Assembly: GCF_006345805.1 (NCBI RefSeq)
Contig: NC_042997.1
Span: forward strand, 14,756,001 to 14,820,000
DNA from: Octopus sinensis
Taxonomy: Eukaryota
Direction: 5' to 3'
DNA: 64,000 bases
Both the position numbers and the translations under genes were made by a program. This document shows, one piece after another, positions 37,841-52,302 of the stretch; within the stretch, counting starts at the first letter, position 1; every line of letters starts with the position of its first letter. The notes beneath the pieces were generated by a model. It did no database searches and was not told the origin of the DNA. It saw nothing but the letters and a program-made list of their open reading frames with translations.

Positions 37841-38077
37841 CTAGATTGTAAAAGTAAATAACTTGATTTCTGTTTTTACATCATATGGTTGGTGCTTAAC
37901 TCCACTTAAAAGATACTGAACAGACGAGATAAATCTTAACTCAGACACAACATCTGTATATTGCAGATAACAATCCTAGAAGTATGGGTGACCTCTAGCC
38001 CTTAGGATTAAATATTCAGCCGAGATGCACAGCAACATGTTTGCATTGAATTTGAACTCAGTCGGTTTCCCATCTTT

Positions 38078-38308
38078 GGCAGCGAGCTAGCAGAAACGTT
38101 AGCACGTCAGGCAAAATGTTTTGGGGAATTTCGTCCGCCGCTGCGTTCTGAGTTCAAATTGCGCCGAGGTCGACTTTACCTTTCATCCTTTCGGGGTCGA
38201 TAAATTAAGTACCAGTTACACACTGGTGTCAATGTAATCGACTTAATCTGTTCATCTGTCCTTGTTTGTCCTCTCTGTGTTTAGCCCCTTGTGGGTAGTA
38301 AAGAAATA
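38078..38308 (+). mobile_element. Family B SINE, full length
   Basis: 15-bp TSD ggtttcccatctttg (38064-78, 38309-23). Confidence 0.85.
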
Positions 38309-39213
38309 GGTTTCCCATCTTTGCTAGCTTGCCTAAAATTAGATTGAAAGTTTATAAACACAATTTCCAGATACATTAATGTCAACCTAACCTTTTTACT
38401 ACATTTGACTTGTACTTAGAATATAGTGAAATAAATAGTAAAATAACATTGATATCTGTTGAAATATGTGTATAAGTTATCAATGATACAGCTGACCAGT
38501 TCTGTGTCATCAAATATAACTGAAGGTAACTTGCTATTTGAATTCAGAGATAAAAATTAAAAAAGGAATTAAGCAATTTAAAATTAAACCACACTCTTCA
38601 ATACTTTATGCCATAATATTGAAGACTTTTCAAGTACATTACAGAGTGGATAATCACTGCTCACTTATTAATCAGAGGAGTCCAATGAGTATTATTCCAA
38701 CATTTAACTTTCAATGGCCCAAGTTCAGCTAGTTGTTGATAGGAACAATAGAGAGGTATATTTCATTATTTTTAACTGAGACTGTGTTTCATTTGCTTGA
38801 TGTAGTGAGATCAAATTCTCCTATATGCAAAATTTGGAATGAATTGGTATCTTATCTGGAGGAATGCATGAAATTCATGGGTTTCATGGTGTGAAAACTG
38901 TGAAAGGTTCACAATGCAGAAGTATCTTCACAGCAAATAGGCTATAAGTTCTGTTTTCCTTTGAAGATATAATGTATTATAAAAGTGATAACATGGATGA
39001 TCATGTCCATGGGGTACTGAACAACCAATCAAAAGATCAGTAGTTTGTATCCTTTCACTGACACAGCATGTATCTGAGACCAAGGTACATGGCTCTAGAA
39101 GACCAGGTCCACTAAAATATTAGAATGGACACCACAATGATAATGTTATGGTTAGTGCTAATGATTTTTCTATTTACTGTATAGTATGTAGTACTTCTCA
39201 TGGGAGAAATTAC

Positions 39214-39347
39214 TTGCAATTGCCTAGAACCTATCCAGTGGTATGATTAGTTTTCACTTTTGCTCCTATAATGCTTCAACAATCAGAGATAATCCCGTGC
39301 TCATTGGATCCTTGTGAATTGGATAGGAATTACGTCCAGAAAAACTA
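39214..39347 (-). pseudogene. Dynein pseudo-exon, AAA4 Walker B region
   Basis: ttcttattttctacctgcag|TAG ... TTGCAA|gtaatt. The phase 1 start fits the previous exon. IVFLDVIPIQFTRIQ*ARDYL*LLKH compared with VFLFTDxQIxxExFLEDINxLL. Confidence 0.6.
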
Positions 39348-39891
39348 CTGCAGGTAGAAAATAAGAATTACATTCATAAAAACATTATTTGATGTTGGAT
39401 GAGAATTATATTAATAAAATTAATAAAAATCATTAGCACTGTATTCTATAGAGTTTTATGGTTGTTTCACTTTTAATAACAACTTCTCTACCACACATTT
39501 TCTGAAGAATTTGGTTAAATTAACCTGATATATCCATTTTGGTTACCAAAGTAAGGTTTGGGCTCTTACACTATTTGTCACAATGTTAATCCCAAAGACA
39601 TAACAACTTTATTATATTATTTTAAGTTTTCATGCCTAACATTTCTATAATAAAAAAAAAATAGCTTATGATTTCATGGCTTTTAGAATCTCTCCTTTAG
39701 CAAGTTTAGTCTCTCAAAGATCTCACAATACACAACAGTTCTCTTAAAACAAAACAAAAAAAGAAAAGAAAAATAACGAAGAAACTAAAGTGTCACTGTC
39801 TTTGGTTCTCTTTCTTACCCTATCCAAATCAATTTTCTCTTTTAGACTCCAGCTGCACAGATATGGTAATAGCAGATAAATATACATTTAC

Positions 39892-40291
39892 TGTTCATGT
39901 CTCACAGCTGTATAGAATAGCATTATTTGATAGATGTATATTATATAACATATCTTTCATATAACAGAGCTAATTTTCTGTCATAAAAGTAAGTAGATTT
40001 CTTAATTTCTCGCATCTGTTTGAGACCCAGGTTATTGATCACTGTTAGATTCCCCCCATATTATTGATTATGAACCCTAAGTAAGAGAATTGTGCCTGCT
40101 CTTAGCATTTCCTTGTTACAAAATATTTTTGAAGAACATCTCCATATAAAATCTTGACTGCCAGAACAGCTAATGCACTGGAAGTGCAAGATTCTTGACA
40201 GAGTGCCAAAAATAACTTTACTGGCTACAATACTTAGACAATATTCAATGGTTCCTACATAACTTTTACACACAAAATCAGTTTGTCTTAG
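39892..40291 (-). pseudogene. Dynein pseudo-exon, AAA4 P-loop region
   Basis: tgtgttaattag|CTAAGA ... GAACA|gtaaat. 400 bp, 76 codons open before the first stop. ...KVIFGTL...IFCNKEMLRAGTILLLRVHNQ*YGGNLTVINNLGLKQ...*YTSIK* compared with FGDF...LVLFxxAxxHVxRIxRVLxxPxGNALLVGVGGSGKQ...YxxxxW. Confidence 0.65.
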
Positions 40292-42704
40292 CTAATTAAC
40301 ACAATAAAATATTGACCTTAAACTTCACATTTTCAACTCTTTCTTAATATGTTTTCTCTTCAATTTAAAAACAATAATTATTGGAAATTTTTCAAGTTTT
40401 ATGTAATAATTGTAATAAAATTTTAAAAATATTTTAAAAATTCATAGCAGATTTTTCTGTGACAGAAAAGCTGTTATGAAAAAAATCAGCTTTTGAAAAT
40501 CACTTTTATATTTACCATTAAATTTCAAGTTCATATTGTATGTTAAATCAGCTTTAAAATGTATTTGGACAATCTGACAAGTAAATGTTAAATAGGAGCA
40601 AATGAGCATGAAAAGCAAACAGTATTGATTTCTTTTGACTAGGCACAAGGCCAATTTGTAGAGGAGAAGGATGATAGTCAATAATTGACCACATCTTATT
40701 TTATCAACATTCCATAACATGAAAGACAAACTTGATCCCAACAAAATTTAAATACAGAAACATAAGGACCTAAAATAAATATCTTAAAGCATTTTATTTG
40801 GCTTTTGTTCTTTAGCCGTCTATCTCTCTGTCTATTTATCAATCTATCTGTCTCAAGTACACCGGAATATATTGGCTGGCAGTCCTGAAGGACACTCAAA
40901 CACAAATGAAGACACTAAAGTAGTGTAATTATAAGACTACAATTAAAGACTCTAATAATTTAGGCTACACGGTCCAGTTGAGAGTATACAATAGAAGAGT
41001 GTAATTGAAAAATGTTGACAATTCAAGTTTTAATATTTTTAATAATTTTTATTCATTTACTTTTTTTTTTTACAAAATATTTATAAAGAAAAATACTTCT
41101 TTTTGTTTACATCTTTATCTTTTTTATTATCCATTATATTCCATTATATGTTTTTCTGTTTTACACAGCATTATTTTGAAAAGCAAACTGTATTTCTTAC
41201 TTGACATAGACATACTATAGAAAGCCACAAAACTGCAGTATTTGTAAGGTTCCTGTATAGACATATAGTGCTAAAAAGCAGAAATAAAACTCCATCAGCA
41301 GTTGTGGAATTAATAAATCATGATTTCTGTCTTTGCCCATCATCAGTAGCAAATATCTACTATCAGTCACATACTTAGACAAATTTAACCTCTACTGACA
41401 TACAAAAACAGTGATTAACAAATAATTGGTGTTGTAAATAACTGGAAGGCTGTGTAATGACAGAAGCAGTATTGGTTCAAAATAATGTCCTGTACAACTT
41501 TGTAGTGTTTACATTATAACTGTAGCAATAAATTCCTCATGCAACATATGACATTTTAGTGTTTCACAATTTTTAGCAATTTATTTGGACCAATCAGAAC
41601 CTAGGCACTTCGCAGGCACTTTGGTTATATGCAATCAAACTCAAGACCCCCGCCCTCTCACTCTCTTATCTCTTTGGTTTCACCTTAATACTACACAGTA
41701 TACAAATATAAAACAACTATTCCTTTTCTTTGAACAGAACCACCATCAAAACTTCTCTCTCCTTCACTCAGCACCCAACAACCACAAATAAGTTGTTCTT
41801 GTTCCTCCTTCAAAGATGACACATTACAAAGCGGAAACAGAATTCTATTCTCTGTTCGTTAGCTTCAAAACAAAGAACGTTTTTAGTTGAACAAAACTCA
41901 AACATCAAATGATTGTATCTCTTTCCATCAGGTCACATATGTTAATAGCACTGTTTACAACATGTTAATTATTCAATTTACTTGTACAAACATAAATATA
42001 TGCATAATATTTTTCCTACAAACACACTTGTGTATACTTAGCTTTTATTAATGCTGTATGTTGAAACTTAGTATTTTCAATGTATGCATAACTAATACAA
42101 AGCTATATTTCATAACCTTTGTAAGAACATGTGCTGTTTGTCTACTTTGAAGAGATCTATCTTCAGGAGGTACAGGGAAAATAAAGGAAAATTGATATAT
42201 GTAATTTTGCGCTACAACTGTTTGCATCCTTATTTTACATATGAAAAATATATTTTTATTTCCCTGTTATTTTATCTCTTTAATATCATTGTTTATTTCC
42301 TTTTCATTGCATATGTTACATATGTGTAATAGATGGAAGGGTTCTTAACCCTTTACATTTTATCCTAAAATATGTACTATGTAGCGGATGATGTGCAAAG
42401 AATGAAATAAGTGATGTAAAGATATAGTTGAAAATATTTATAAAAACTTGAAAAAAGCTTTACAATTTATAATTTTTTTAATGATAAAAGTTGATACAAT
42501 TTATTGGCTGATAAACAGAGATATATGTGCGTGTGTGTATTATATATATACATATATATGTGTGTGTGTGTATGCAAATGTATATCATATCACTGTGAAG
42601 GTGCATGATTTTGCACACTACATCTGATGCTTCTTAGGTCCAACTTTTCTCTCAAGGTACTTACACTCTGTCGAGAGTATATATATATATATATATATAT
42701 ATAT

Positions 42705-42880
42705 GTAGGTCCCGGGTTGATTCGGGGTTAACCACAGTAAATAAGGTACTCAATACATAGCAGAGTAAAATTAATTTATTATATAGAAGGAGCTTCTACA
42801 GGACTAGAACTGTTTCATTCCTGAAGATTTCTCTGAATGAAACAGTTCTAGTCCTGTAGAAGCTCCTTCTATATATAATA
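42705..42880. repeat. Penelope-like inverted structure with a perfect 41-bp stem
   Basis: 42780-42820 is the exact reverse complement of 42835-42875; 14-nt loop ctgaagatttctct. Confidence 0.85.
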
Positions 42881-43489
42881 TATATATATATATATATACA
42901 TATATAGATAGATGGATAGATAGATAGATATACACACACATATATATATCATAGAACCTTTTTTCCCATGAAATTTTCTCTCTTCAGCCAGTTAGAAACT
43001 ACAGCCTATTCTTATTTAATCTCACCCACCATCTTAAAACGTATACATTTACAGAAAGATATATTGAATGATGTAGTCTTAGATGCACTATGCCTGAAAA
43101 GAGATGAGATGATCTCAACTGGATCCCCTTTAATCATAGATTTACACAATCAGGGATGATGTAGGGTTAAAAAAGCAGAATCAAAATATGTGTTCATGGA
43201 TACATAAACATTATCACACATCTTTTATGAATAAATACTTTTTAAAAAAAATCATTTTACTGTTAGAAAAGATTATTAACATTACATATATACATATAAA
43301 ACCGTTTGAATTCCCTGATATTACACACACACACACGCACACACATATTTATATATGTAAACTACAAGTATTATTTGTCAGGTACATGTACATATAAAAT
43401 GTATAACTTTGAATGTTTGTATACATATGTACATGTGTGCTTGCATATTTACATACTTACAGGAATCCAACATTTTGTTACCCAACAGA

Positions 43490-44570
43490 CAGATAGAATC
43501 TCAGGTATAGATAAATGGCTTTTGAAACCAGCTGAGGTTATGCATGTGAGTGCTATTCCTAAAGCTAAAACTGACAATGAATGTAGCAAGGAATTTAGAA
43601 TATATAGGATACACCAGTACTCTGTGTTCAGCGTTGTTTCATTGTAGTGCTTGAAGCACTTACAGAGTTTTAGGCTGAATGCTATTGACAACTTCTATAT
43701 ATTGACATCACATCACATCTGTTAAAGAACTACAGAAAAGATTGTAAACCTAGAAGAATTGTCTGAAAAAAAAAAGAGAATCACAGTCAGCATGACAAAT
43801 ACCAAAGTAGTGATTAATAGCTGTGAACCAATTCCAATGAGCTTGTTCAATATGTAAAAAGGTGATTGACTGAAGTTCAGTACTGAGAAGTCAGTGGAAG
43901 TATGGGTGCATAAAAATTACAGGACAAGGACAGCTATAGACGAGGACAGATGTGAGAAGTGCCCATCTCTAACTGTGGAGAGAACCTGTGGTAGAGGTAG
44001 ACTCAGGAAGACATGGGACGAGGTGGTGAAGCATGATCTTTGAACTTTAGGCCTCACAGAGGAAATGACTAGTGATCAAGACCTTTGACGATATGCTGTC
44101 TTGAGAAGATTTGTCAAGCCAAGTGAAATTGTAGTTGCAGCTGTTGCAGGTGTCACGTAACTAGCACATAAAAAAGCACCTTTCAAGCATTGGGCCTCGT
44201 GGAGGCAAAGTGGCCAATGCTAGAGGCATGTGAAAAGCTGCTTTCGAGTGTTGGGCCTCATGGAGGACAAATAACTGAGACCTTTGGCATTATGTCGTGC
44301 TTGAGAAGAAGACCCATCAAGCCAAGTAAAATCACAGTCATGGCAGATACTGGTATCATGCAAATGGCACCCATGCCGGTGGCACATAAAAGCACCCATT
44401 ACACTCTCAGGGTGATTCGTGTTAGAAAGGGCATCCAGTCATAGAAATCATGCCAAATCAGACTGGAATCTGGTGCAACCTTCCAGCTTGTCAGCCCTGG
44501 TCAAACTGTCCAACCCATGCCAGCATGGACAACAGACATTAAATGATGATGATGGTGATGATAATGATGA
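43490..44570 (+). mobile_element. Decayed RTE LINE 3' portion with long 3' tail
   Basis: RIHQYSVFS (GVHQGSVLS-like); VERTCGRGRLRKTWDEVVKHDL; followed by the common tail ...ccaacccatgccagcatgga...(GAT)n. Confidence 0.7.
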
Positions 44571-45029
44571 TGGATCTCAAGTAAACATATAGAACCCTGA
44601 GACTTTGGATGTTCCAGATGTAAAGGTGTAGTAACCAATCCAGAAAGCTAACTATATGGAATGTTTAAACAACAATCTCGGTGATACAAGTATTAATGGC
44701 GATATTCAAAGTAAAGGATAAAAGAGAGGTAGAAGAAATTCATAGAGTTGTTACTTCTGCAAGCAACAAAAGGATTCATCCAATGTCCAAAAACAGACTG
44801 TACAAGGTATGTGTACAAAACACACTGCTAATGAGTGCTGGCATAGCTGAGTAGTTAAGAAGCTCACGTTGCAATCAAGAGGTCCTGGTTCAATCCCACT
44901 GCATGACATCTTGGGCAAAGTGTCTTTTAACATAATTTTGGGTTACACAATCCTTGTGAATGAAACTGAGCAGGACCAGATTTATTAGACATCACATCAA
45001 ACTGATTCTGCCTGAGGATTACATACATA

Positions 45030-45410
45030 GGCGCAGGAGTGACTGTGTGGTAAGTAGCTTGCTTACGAACCACATGGTTCTGGGTTCAGTCTCACTGCGT
45101 GGCACCTTGGGCAAGTGTCTTCTACCATAACCTTGGGCCAACCAAAGCCTTGTGAGTGGATTTGGTAGATGGAAACTGAAAGAAGCCCGTCGTATATATG
45201 CATGTATGTGTGTTTGTGTGTCTGTGTTTGTCCCCCCAACATCGCTTGACAACCGATGCTGGTGTGTTTGCGTAACTTAGCAGTTCGGCAAAAACAGACC
45301 GATAGAATAAGTACTAGGCTTACAAAGAATAAGTCCTGGGGTCAATTTGCTCGACTAAAGGCGGTGCTCCAGCATGGCCACAGTCAAATGACTGAAACAA
45401 GAGAAAGTGA
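45030..45410 (+). mobile_element. Family A SINE
   Basis: Collinear with 25427-25810. Confidence 0.85.
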
Positions 45411-46619
45411 GAAAGTACACATGATGAAATACTCAGCTACATGATACAATGAATAGCTGATCAAATGACAGGAATAATTATCATCAAAAGTGATGAAGGA
45501 TCCATTAACTATTCTTTTTACTACATGGCAATGGAACAGCAATGATAAATATGATTGATTTTGGAGAATATAATCCACCAGATATACAATATGGAGTGCA
45601 AATAAGATCAAAAGGCAGTTTACTATTAGCACCTGTGTCTAGGAAAGATATCTATGTTATTACCATACTGTACTCAGAGAGGTTAGACTAATAAATGTTA
45701 AAAGTATAATGATCATATGCACACACACACACACATATACACACACAAACACACCTGAGCTGTAGAAAGAAAATCATTACTTTCTATAAATAGATAATTA
45801 AAATATCATTGAACAAAAGAAAAGAGAATGTGTCGCTTTGAATCATCAATTATATTTAAATAAAATATGAATTAAACACTGTGGAAAAAAAAAAAAAAGA
45901 GGTATAATGTCAAATGCAATAAATATCAAAATAAAAATAGCAGTACCACAAGAATAAATACCAATGCATTTTAGGTTAGGATATAACAATTCCTTTTACA
46001 GATTTTTAAATAGGATCTGTTTCCTTCTTCTTATACAACTTCAGCTGAAAACAGATTCTCATAGCAGAAGAATTAAATACAAACTGTTTCTTTCTGCAAA
46101 TGGTTACAACATAGCTTCATATTATTTTGGTTAGCACCAATATTTGCACTGAAGGAATAAATTCAACCATTCAAAGTAAAAGTAGATTAATCCACTCAAA
46201 ATCTGTAAGATTTGATCGTGCAAAATGTTAACAAGTTGATATAGTTTTACAATAAAGAAAAATCTTTAGCTGATATAAAAGAAAGGCTTATTTCTTGTGA
46301 TCTGAGAAAAGGGCATGCATAAATTATTTGGTTAATTTGCTATCCAACAAAGAGTGTATTTGGCAAATATCAAGGTAATACAAAAAGCAAAGGGTTAAGG
46401 ATACAATGGGGAAAAAATGTAGGGGCAAGGAGATTCAGATTTAGTATTTCAAAATAATAGAAAAAAATTGAAACATTTGCACTTCTAAAATAGATAAATA
46501 TAATCCACACATACGCACACAATATACATCACTCACACAAACACTTATAAAAATACACAAGGCCATTGTAAGTAGATTGCACTAATAGTTTGAACACCAT
46601 TGGAGGTGGGAGAGTAAAA

Positions 46620-46790
46620 TGGTTAGACAAAGTAAAAAAAATTAACAACTATGGGATAGAGGGGCTGTGCATATGGCTTACCAATCCAAAATCTGGGAGA
46701 TCCATCATTGCATGTAAGACTTTCAAGCTACAAGAAGACATTGATAAATTCACAAATCATCTAGATTATCAGCAAAAGATAAAACAGTTT
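46620..46790 (+). mobile_element. CR1-type RT remnant
   Basis: KKINNYGIEGLCIWLTNPKSGRS...LQEDIDKF. Confidence 0.45.
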
Positions 46791-47936
46791 CTTTTTATCA
46801 CTATAAAATATGATACTATGATAAATATATTACATAAATTTCTTTTGTCTACAAATTTGTTTTTTTCATAAAAGGTTTAAATTTATAGAGTAAGATTATA
46901 ACAGGTATTAATCTTAATATATTACTGGTATTTACTGTCGATCTTGATGAGATGAAAGGCAGAGTTAACGTTTTCACCTCCACCCAGCAAGAAATTTTAA
47001 ACTCAGAATTTAGCGATGTCACCAACTCTGCCAATAAGGGAGACTCAATGTGACTACTTGACCTGCTGGAAATAACAACACTACCACATAAGAATAAAAA
47101 AGAAGAATACACAGGACTATATACAAAAAAGGCAAAAATGGTCATGGCTGGAATCCCTTTCATCATTGGTGGAATTCAGTAGCAAAGTTGTTTCTAAATG
47201 TATTTTGTACACTTGTCCATCTTTAAAGAGAAAGTATATAAAGACTAAATCTATGGTCACAGAAAAGAGAATGAGAAAATGGAACAGTAAAAGAGTAATA
47301 AAAAGATATAAATGTGGGGAAATGGAGGGAACAGGACTGAGTGAGTAGTGTAAGAGATGGTGGGAGTTTATATTTCGGCAAAGATGAGGGTAAAAAATGT
47401 GGGGCTAAGTAGGAACAGGGTGGAAAAAATGGAAACAGATGAATTTGGTGGGGATTAATTTTTGCTGAAGCAGACCACCAATCGTCTCCTTGATCTCTGG
47501 ACCACACCTTATTAGCACTTTTGCTGCAGAAATCAGATATGTCTATTCAAAATTTCATTACTATTAACTGCAGAAAGCAGTCTTATACACCAATCTATCT
47601 TTTGTTGAGGAATGTCATGTTTGAGACTATGTTCTATTGTGCTGGTTCCACATAAAAATCACCCATGCTGGTGCCTTGTAAAAAAGCACCCAGTAAACTT
47701 TATAACATGCTTGGTGTTAGGAAGGATATCAAGCTGTACAAACTATGTCAAAACAGACAATTGTAGCCTTGTGCAGCTGGCCAGTGCCTGTCAGTCCATC
47801 CAACCCATACCAGCATGGAAAAACAATGTTAAATGACGATGATGATGTGTCAAGTTTATTGAGGTCACATAACTTGCAAAAAAAAAAAAATTCTACTTTT
47901 TGGTAGATACTTAACATCATCGGCATTTAACATATA

Positions 47937-48367
47937 GGCACAGGAGTGGCTGTGTGGTAAGTAGCTTGCTTACCAACCACATGGTTCCGGGTTCAGACCC
48001 ACTGCGTGGCATCTTGGGCAAGTGTCTTCTACTATAGCCTCGGACCGACCAAAGCCTTGTGAGTGGATTTGGTAGATGGAAACTGAAAGAAGCCTGTCGT
48101 ATATATGTATATATATATATATTATATATATATATGTGTGTGTGTGTATGTTTGTGTGTCTGTGTTTGTCCCCCTAGCATTGCTTGACAACCGATGCTGG
48201 TGTGTTTACATCGCCGTCACTCAGCGGTTCGGCAAAAGAGACCGATAGAATAAGTACTGGGCTTACAAAGAATAAGTCCCGGGGTTGATTTGCTTGACTA
48301 AAGCCGGTGCTCCAGCATGGCCGCAGTCAAATGACTGAAACAAGTAAAAGAGTAAAAGAGTAAAGAG
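47937..48367 (+). mobile_element. Family A SINE
   Basis: Collinear with 25427-25810; tail (gagtaaaa)n. Confidence 0.85.
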
Positions 48368-48947
48368 TATATGTTCTCCAAGCTGTCATGGATTGGATGA
48401 TTTGACAAGAGCTGGCAGGACTAGAGGACTGTGCCAAGTTCTGTTGTCTGCTTTGATTTTGTGTTTCTCTTAATAACTTAATCAGGAGGAAAAGAAGTGC
48501 AACTCTTTACAGGACTTACATGATGGATACGAAATGTTATCGTACAGCCATTTTGGCATTGCTGATCCAATGCTGACTTCTTCAACATCAGATGGTTTAA
48601 TGGTTTACTCACTTTAACGCATTAACCATCGTGCATACCATCTTTGGTTAATTGCAAACTTCACACAACTGCCATATGCACCACTGGTGGTACATTTTCG
48701 TAATTTGAGAAAATATTATATTTTGTATCTTTGTCATGGTTTTGAGGATATTTAAATAACATGAGTGTTAGATATTAAAGTTTAATAATGAAATATTGTA
48801 AAACTGCAAAAAAATTACATTTCCTTGTAATTAAACAATGTAGCATGACTGGAAATCCGTGGCTTCACTGGTAAGTTCCAATAACAGGCCATGGTGGTTA
48901 ACATGTTAATGTTTCTCTCTCTCTCTCTCTCCCCTCTCTTTATATCT

Positions 48948-49008
<61 letters not shown>

Positions 49009-51605
49009 ACATGTTTAGATTTCTGCCCATGTGCACATGAGTACATGCATGTGTGAGTGCTAGCATCAAGCACCAAAAAGTACAATCATTAAAACAGACT
49101 GAATGTTCAGTGAACTGTGACAAATCATCAGCATCCAAGCAACCACACCCAATCATCTCATTCCATTCTAAGACTGGTGAATGAGAGGAAAAGAGGGAGA
49201 GGAGAAAAGCCACTCAAACTAGCAACATGGCGTGAATATTTGCAATAGAGAGGATTCTGTTAAAAGCACCAAAGATGCCACAGTGAGATTTGAACTCAGA
49301 ATGCAAGGAGCTGATATAAATACTGCAAAGCAAGTACCCTATCCAGCCATAATTATTCTGTCAGTCTACAGCTCCAAACTATAACTTCATTTATCAACCC
49401 AGGAAGGTAATATTGAAATTAGCAGGATTTGAACTCAGAAAGCAAGAAACCAGAATAAATACTGTAAGACATTTCGTTGAAGTACTTAACTGGATATGAC
49501 ATATAATGACTTGACCTGGGGTTAAACAACAAGATTGTATTAAATTATGTCAACAAGTGAAGTTAATAAATGATGAATAAGTATATATTTGCACATAACT
49601 TAGTCTCCAATCTTTCCTTGTACTCTCTTCACTAATTATGTCAGTTTCAAGTATTGATCAATAATTAGGAAAAGATCACACACACCCATACACACAAATG
49701 ATTTTCTTTGATGCTCTAACCCCAAACTATCTTCATTTCATGCAACAACAATTTACAAGATGTGTGAAAATGTTTCATCTCCAACTACCTCAGTTTACTT
49801 CCATTGATTTCTCCCACAGACATAAAGGATTCAGATTTATAAAGTAGAAGGAAAGGCATTTTGTAACATTGATACCTTCCCCACCTTTTTTTTTTTAAGT
49901 GCTTTAAGGATGTTACCGAAATGAAATAGCAGCAACCAGAAATTTATACCAGATCACAGACGAGACTAACCATCAGCTTAGCTCTAACACTGTAACTCAT
50001 TATAGCTAATGTTAATGATAAAGCACTCTAGCTAGACCTTCCAGAAACAGTAGTTAAATATCCCTTAAATGATGCATTACAGCCATAAAAAAAGGAAGGA
50101 TAAGCTGAATAACAGATGAGTCAGTCACAGTTGGAATGCTTTTGATCATAGGTTTGCTCACTTGGAGATCATATGGTGCTAAACAACAACTTAATTTGGA
50201 AATATTGGTTTCAAATTTTAGGTGTAATGGTTTCACAAGACCATTAATTTTGCAGGAGAGGGTAAGTCAATTACACCAACCCCAGAGCTCAACTGATAAT
50301 TATTTTGAAGAAATGCCACTAAGTATTTTGTCAGGTATGGCAACGATTCTGCCAGCTTATTGCCTTACTCAGTTTAGATATATTGGTTTCGAATTTTGGT
50401 ACAAAGCCAGCAATTTCGTGAGAGTTGAGCACTGGAGGACTACATCAATCCCAGAGCTCAACCGCTACTAATTTTATTCACTGTGAATGGATGTAAAGCA
50501 AAGTCAACAGGCAGCATTTGAACACAGAATGTAAAGTTGGAAGAAATGCTGTCAAGTAGTTTGTCTGACATGGTAATGATTCCGTCAGCTCGCCACCTTA
50601 CTCAAATTAGATATATTAATAATATGGAGAACTTGTAAAAGAATAACAAGCTGTAATATGCTACATACAGTCATAAAAATAAATGAAACAAAAGACTCAA
50701 TTTTAAAAAATTACAAGCAAACAAAGCACCATCATTTTTCAAACAAATTGCCAGCTATGAAATATAACAATGCAAAAATATGTTAATAGAAATCAATTTT
50801 TTTTTTTAATGTTAACTTATATAATGTGTTTCAATTGTTTAACTCACCATATTTTTAAAAAGAAATAAACACAAGAATGTCTTCCAATAAAGCTACATAT
50901 TATATGATGCAACATCATACATAGGAATGTGGAACGGCTAATATCTTTTGATTTGCAGTATGCAAAAAAAATAAATAAATAACCTGGTTAAATTTAGTTA
51001 CTCAATGAAAAATAGAGAACAGCAACAAAAATCTAATTAGTACTCAATTATAATAAATAACAATGGTGTTTTATTATGTTCAAAATGTAAAAAAAAATGG
51101 TATATAAATTATATAAAAAAAAAAAACAGAAACATTAGAAAACCATTGAATTGTCCTAAAAAATAGCAGTGAAGTGTTTATTGCTGTATAATCATTTAGA
51201 TGCTTTATTGGTGAACCCAACATCAACTGTTTCATAAAAATGATGATTAATGATGATGATGATGATGATGATTTGTTTAATATCTCAACTGTAGTATTTA
51301 AAAATAACTTTAAATTAATGATTTATAACACATATGTGGAAAACAAACTAAGTTTCAAATAAAATACCTATCAAAAGAATTACTTTTTTTGACTATGAAT
51401 AGGCCAATTTTTGAAGCAGAATGGTCTGTTTTATTGTTTTTGATGGTTTAGTCAGAGGAAGAAGAGCAGCCTTTGTGATGTAAGGCTCCTGAGATCATTA
51501 TGAAGAAAGTAGAAAGTTATGAAAGAAATGACCAGGTTTACCTGCTCTTAACATAGTGGACTCTTCTAAAAAGCACTCAAGAGCAGACTAGGTGGTGCTG
51601 TTTAA

Positions 51606-51825
51606 CCCTTTTGTTACTAACCCGGCCAAAACCGGCTCTGGCTATGTGGTAAAATGTCTTGTTTTCATAACTTTTGAATTAAAATCTTCCACCAAACCTT
51701 AGTCACAATTTATGTTCCTAACACTAACTTAATGATAACTAAGTTATTTTACTAAATTCTTTGTTATAGTTAAAGTAATTGAAAGAAACACAGAGCATCT
51801 CAAAATAAATACGGTAACGAAAGGG
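51606..51825. mobile_element. piggyBac-type MITE, copy 3
   Basis: TTAA|cccttttgttac ... gtaacgaaaggg; the right-hand TSD is not preserved. Confidence 0.7.
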
Positions 51826-52302
51826 ATCAGGTGCTGAATTAAATCTACCATCTCAGAACTCATACAGTCCATCCGATGGGTTTTTGTAGTTTCCTTCTAT
51901 ATAACCATTGAATTCATCCTAATTATAGTTGCTTAATAGCCACTTCTGATTGAACAAACCTCTGGTCAAATGCCTTCCAACCATGACCACTCCATCTCTT
52001 TAAATAATGTATTTGGAACTACACTACAGGGTCCAATCCTTGTTACAGTGTGGTGACTTGTGTGCCTTAGTAACTCTGACAACTAATCCAGTACATCACA
52101 TGCTCCTGGTAGCACCTTCCTTGCTGGACAGGTCAAAGGATAGCGACCAGACTAATATGGACCACTTCTTCCCAAGTGTAAAAGTGGGGTTTTTCACTTC
52201 TACCTAGTAAAAAAAAAAAGCAAAATTACAGAAGCACTGATGACAATTCAAAACCAACAAGACCTGGGTGAAGAAGACCTTTCCTCAGGGAAACATAAGA
52301 TC

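Noticed and set aside
38770-38900. Plus-strand frame TETVFHLLDVVRSNSPICKIWNELVSYLEECMKF
   Set aside because: No splice context or recognisable family; probably chance or a transposon relic.
42100-42360. Possible second piggyBac Cys-rich remnant near ttaacccttt
   Set aside because: The motif is too degraded and no paired TIR was found.
48510-48780. Protein-like minus-strand stretch within the 16-kb intron
   Set aside because: Could not be aligned to dynein, and the flanking exons already appear contiguous in the protein.
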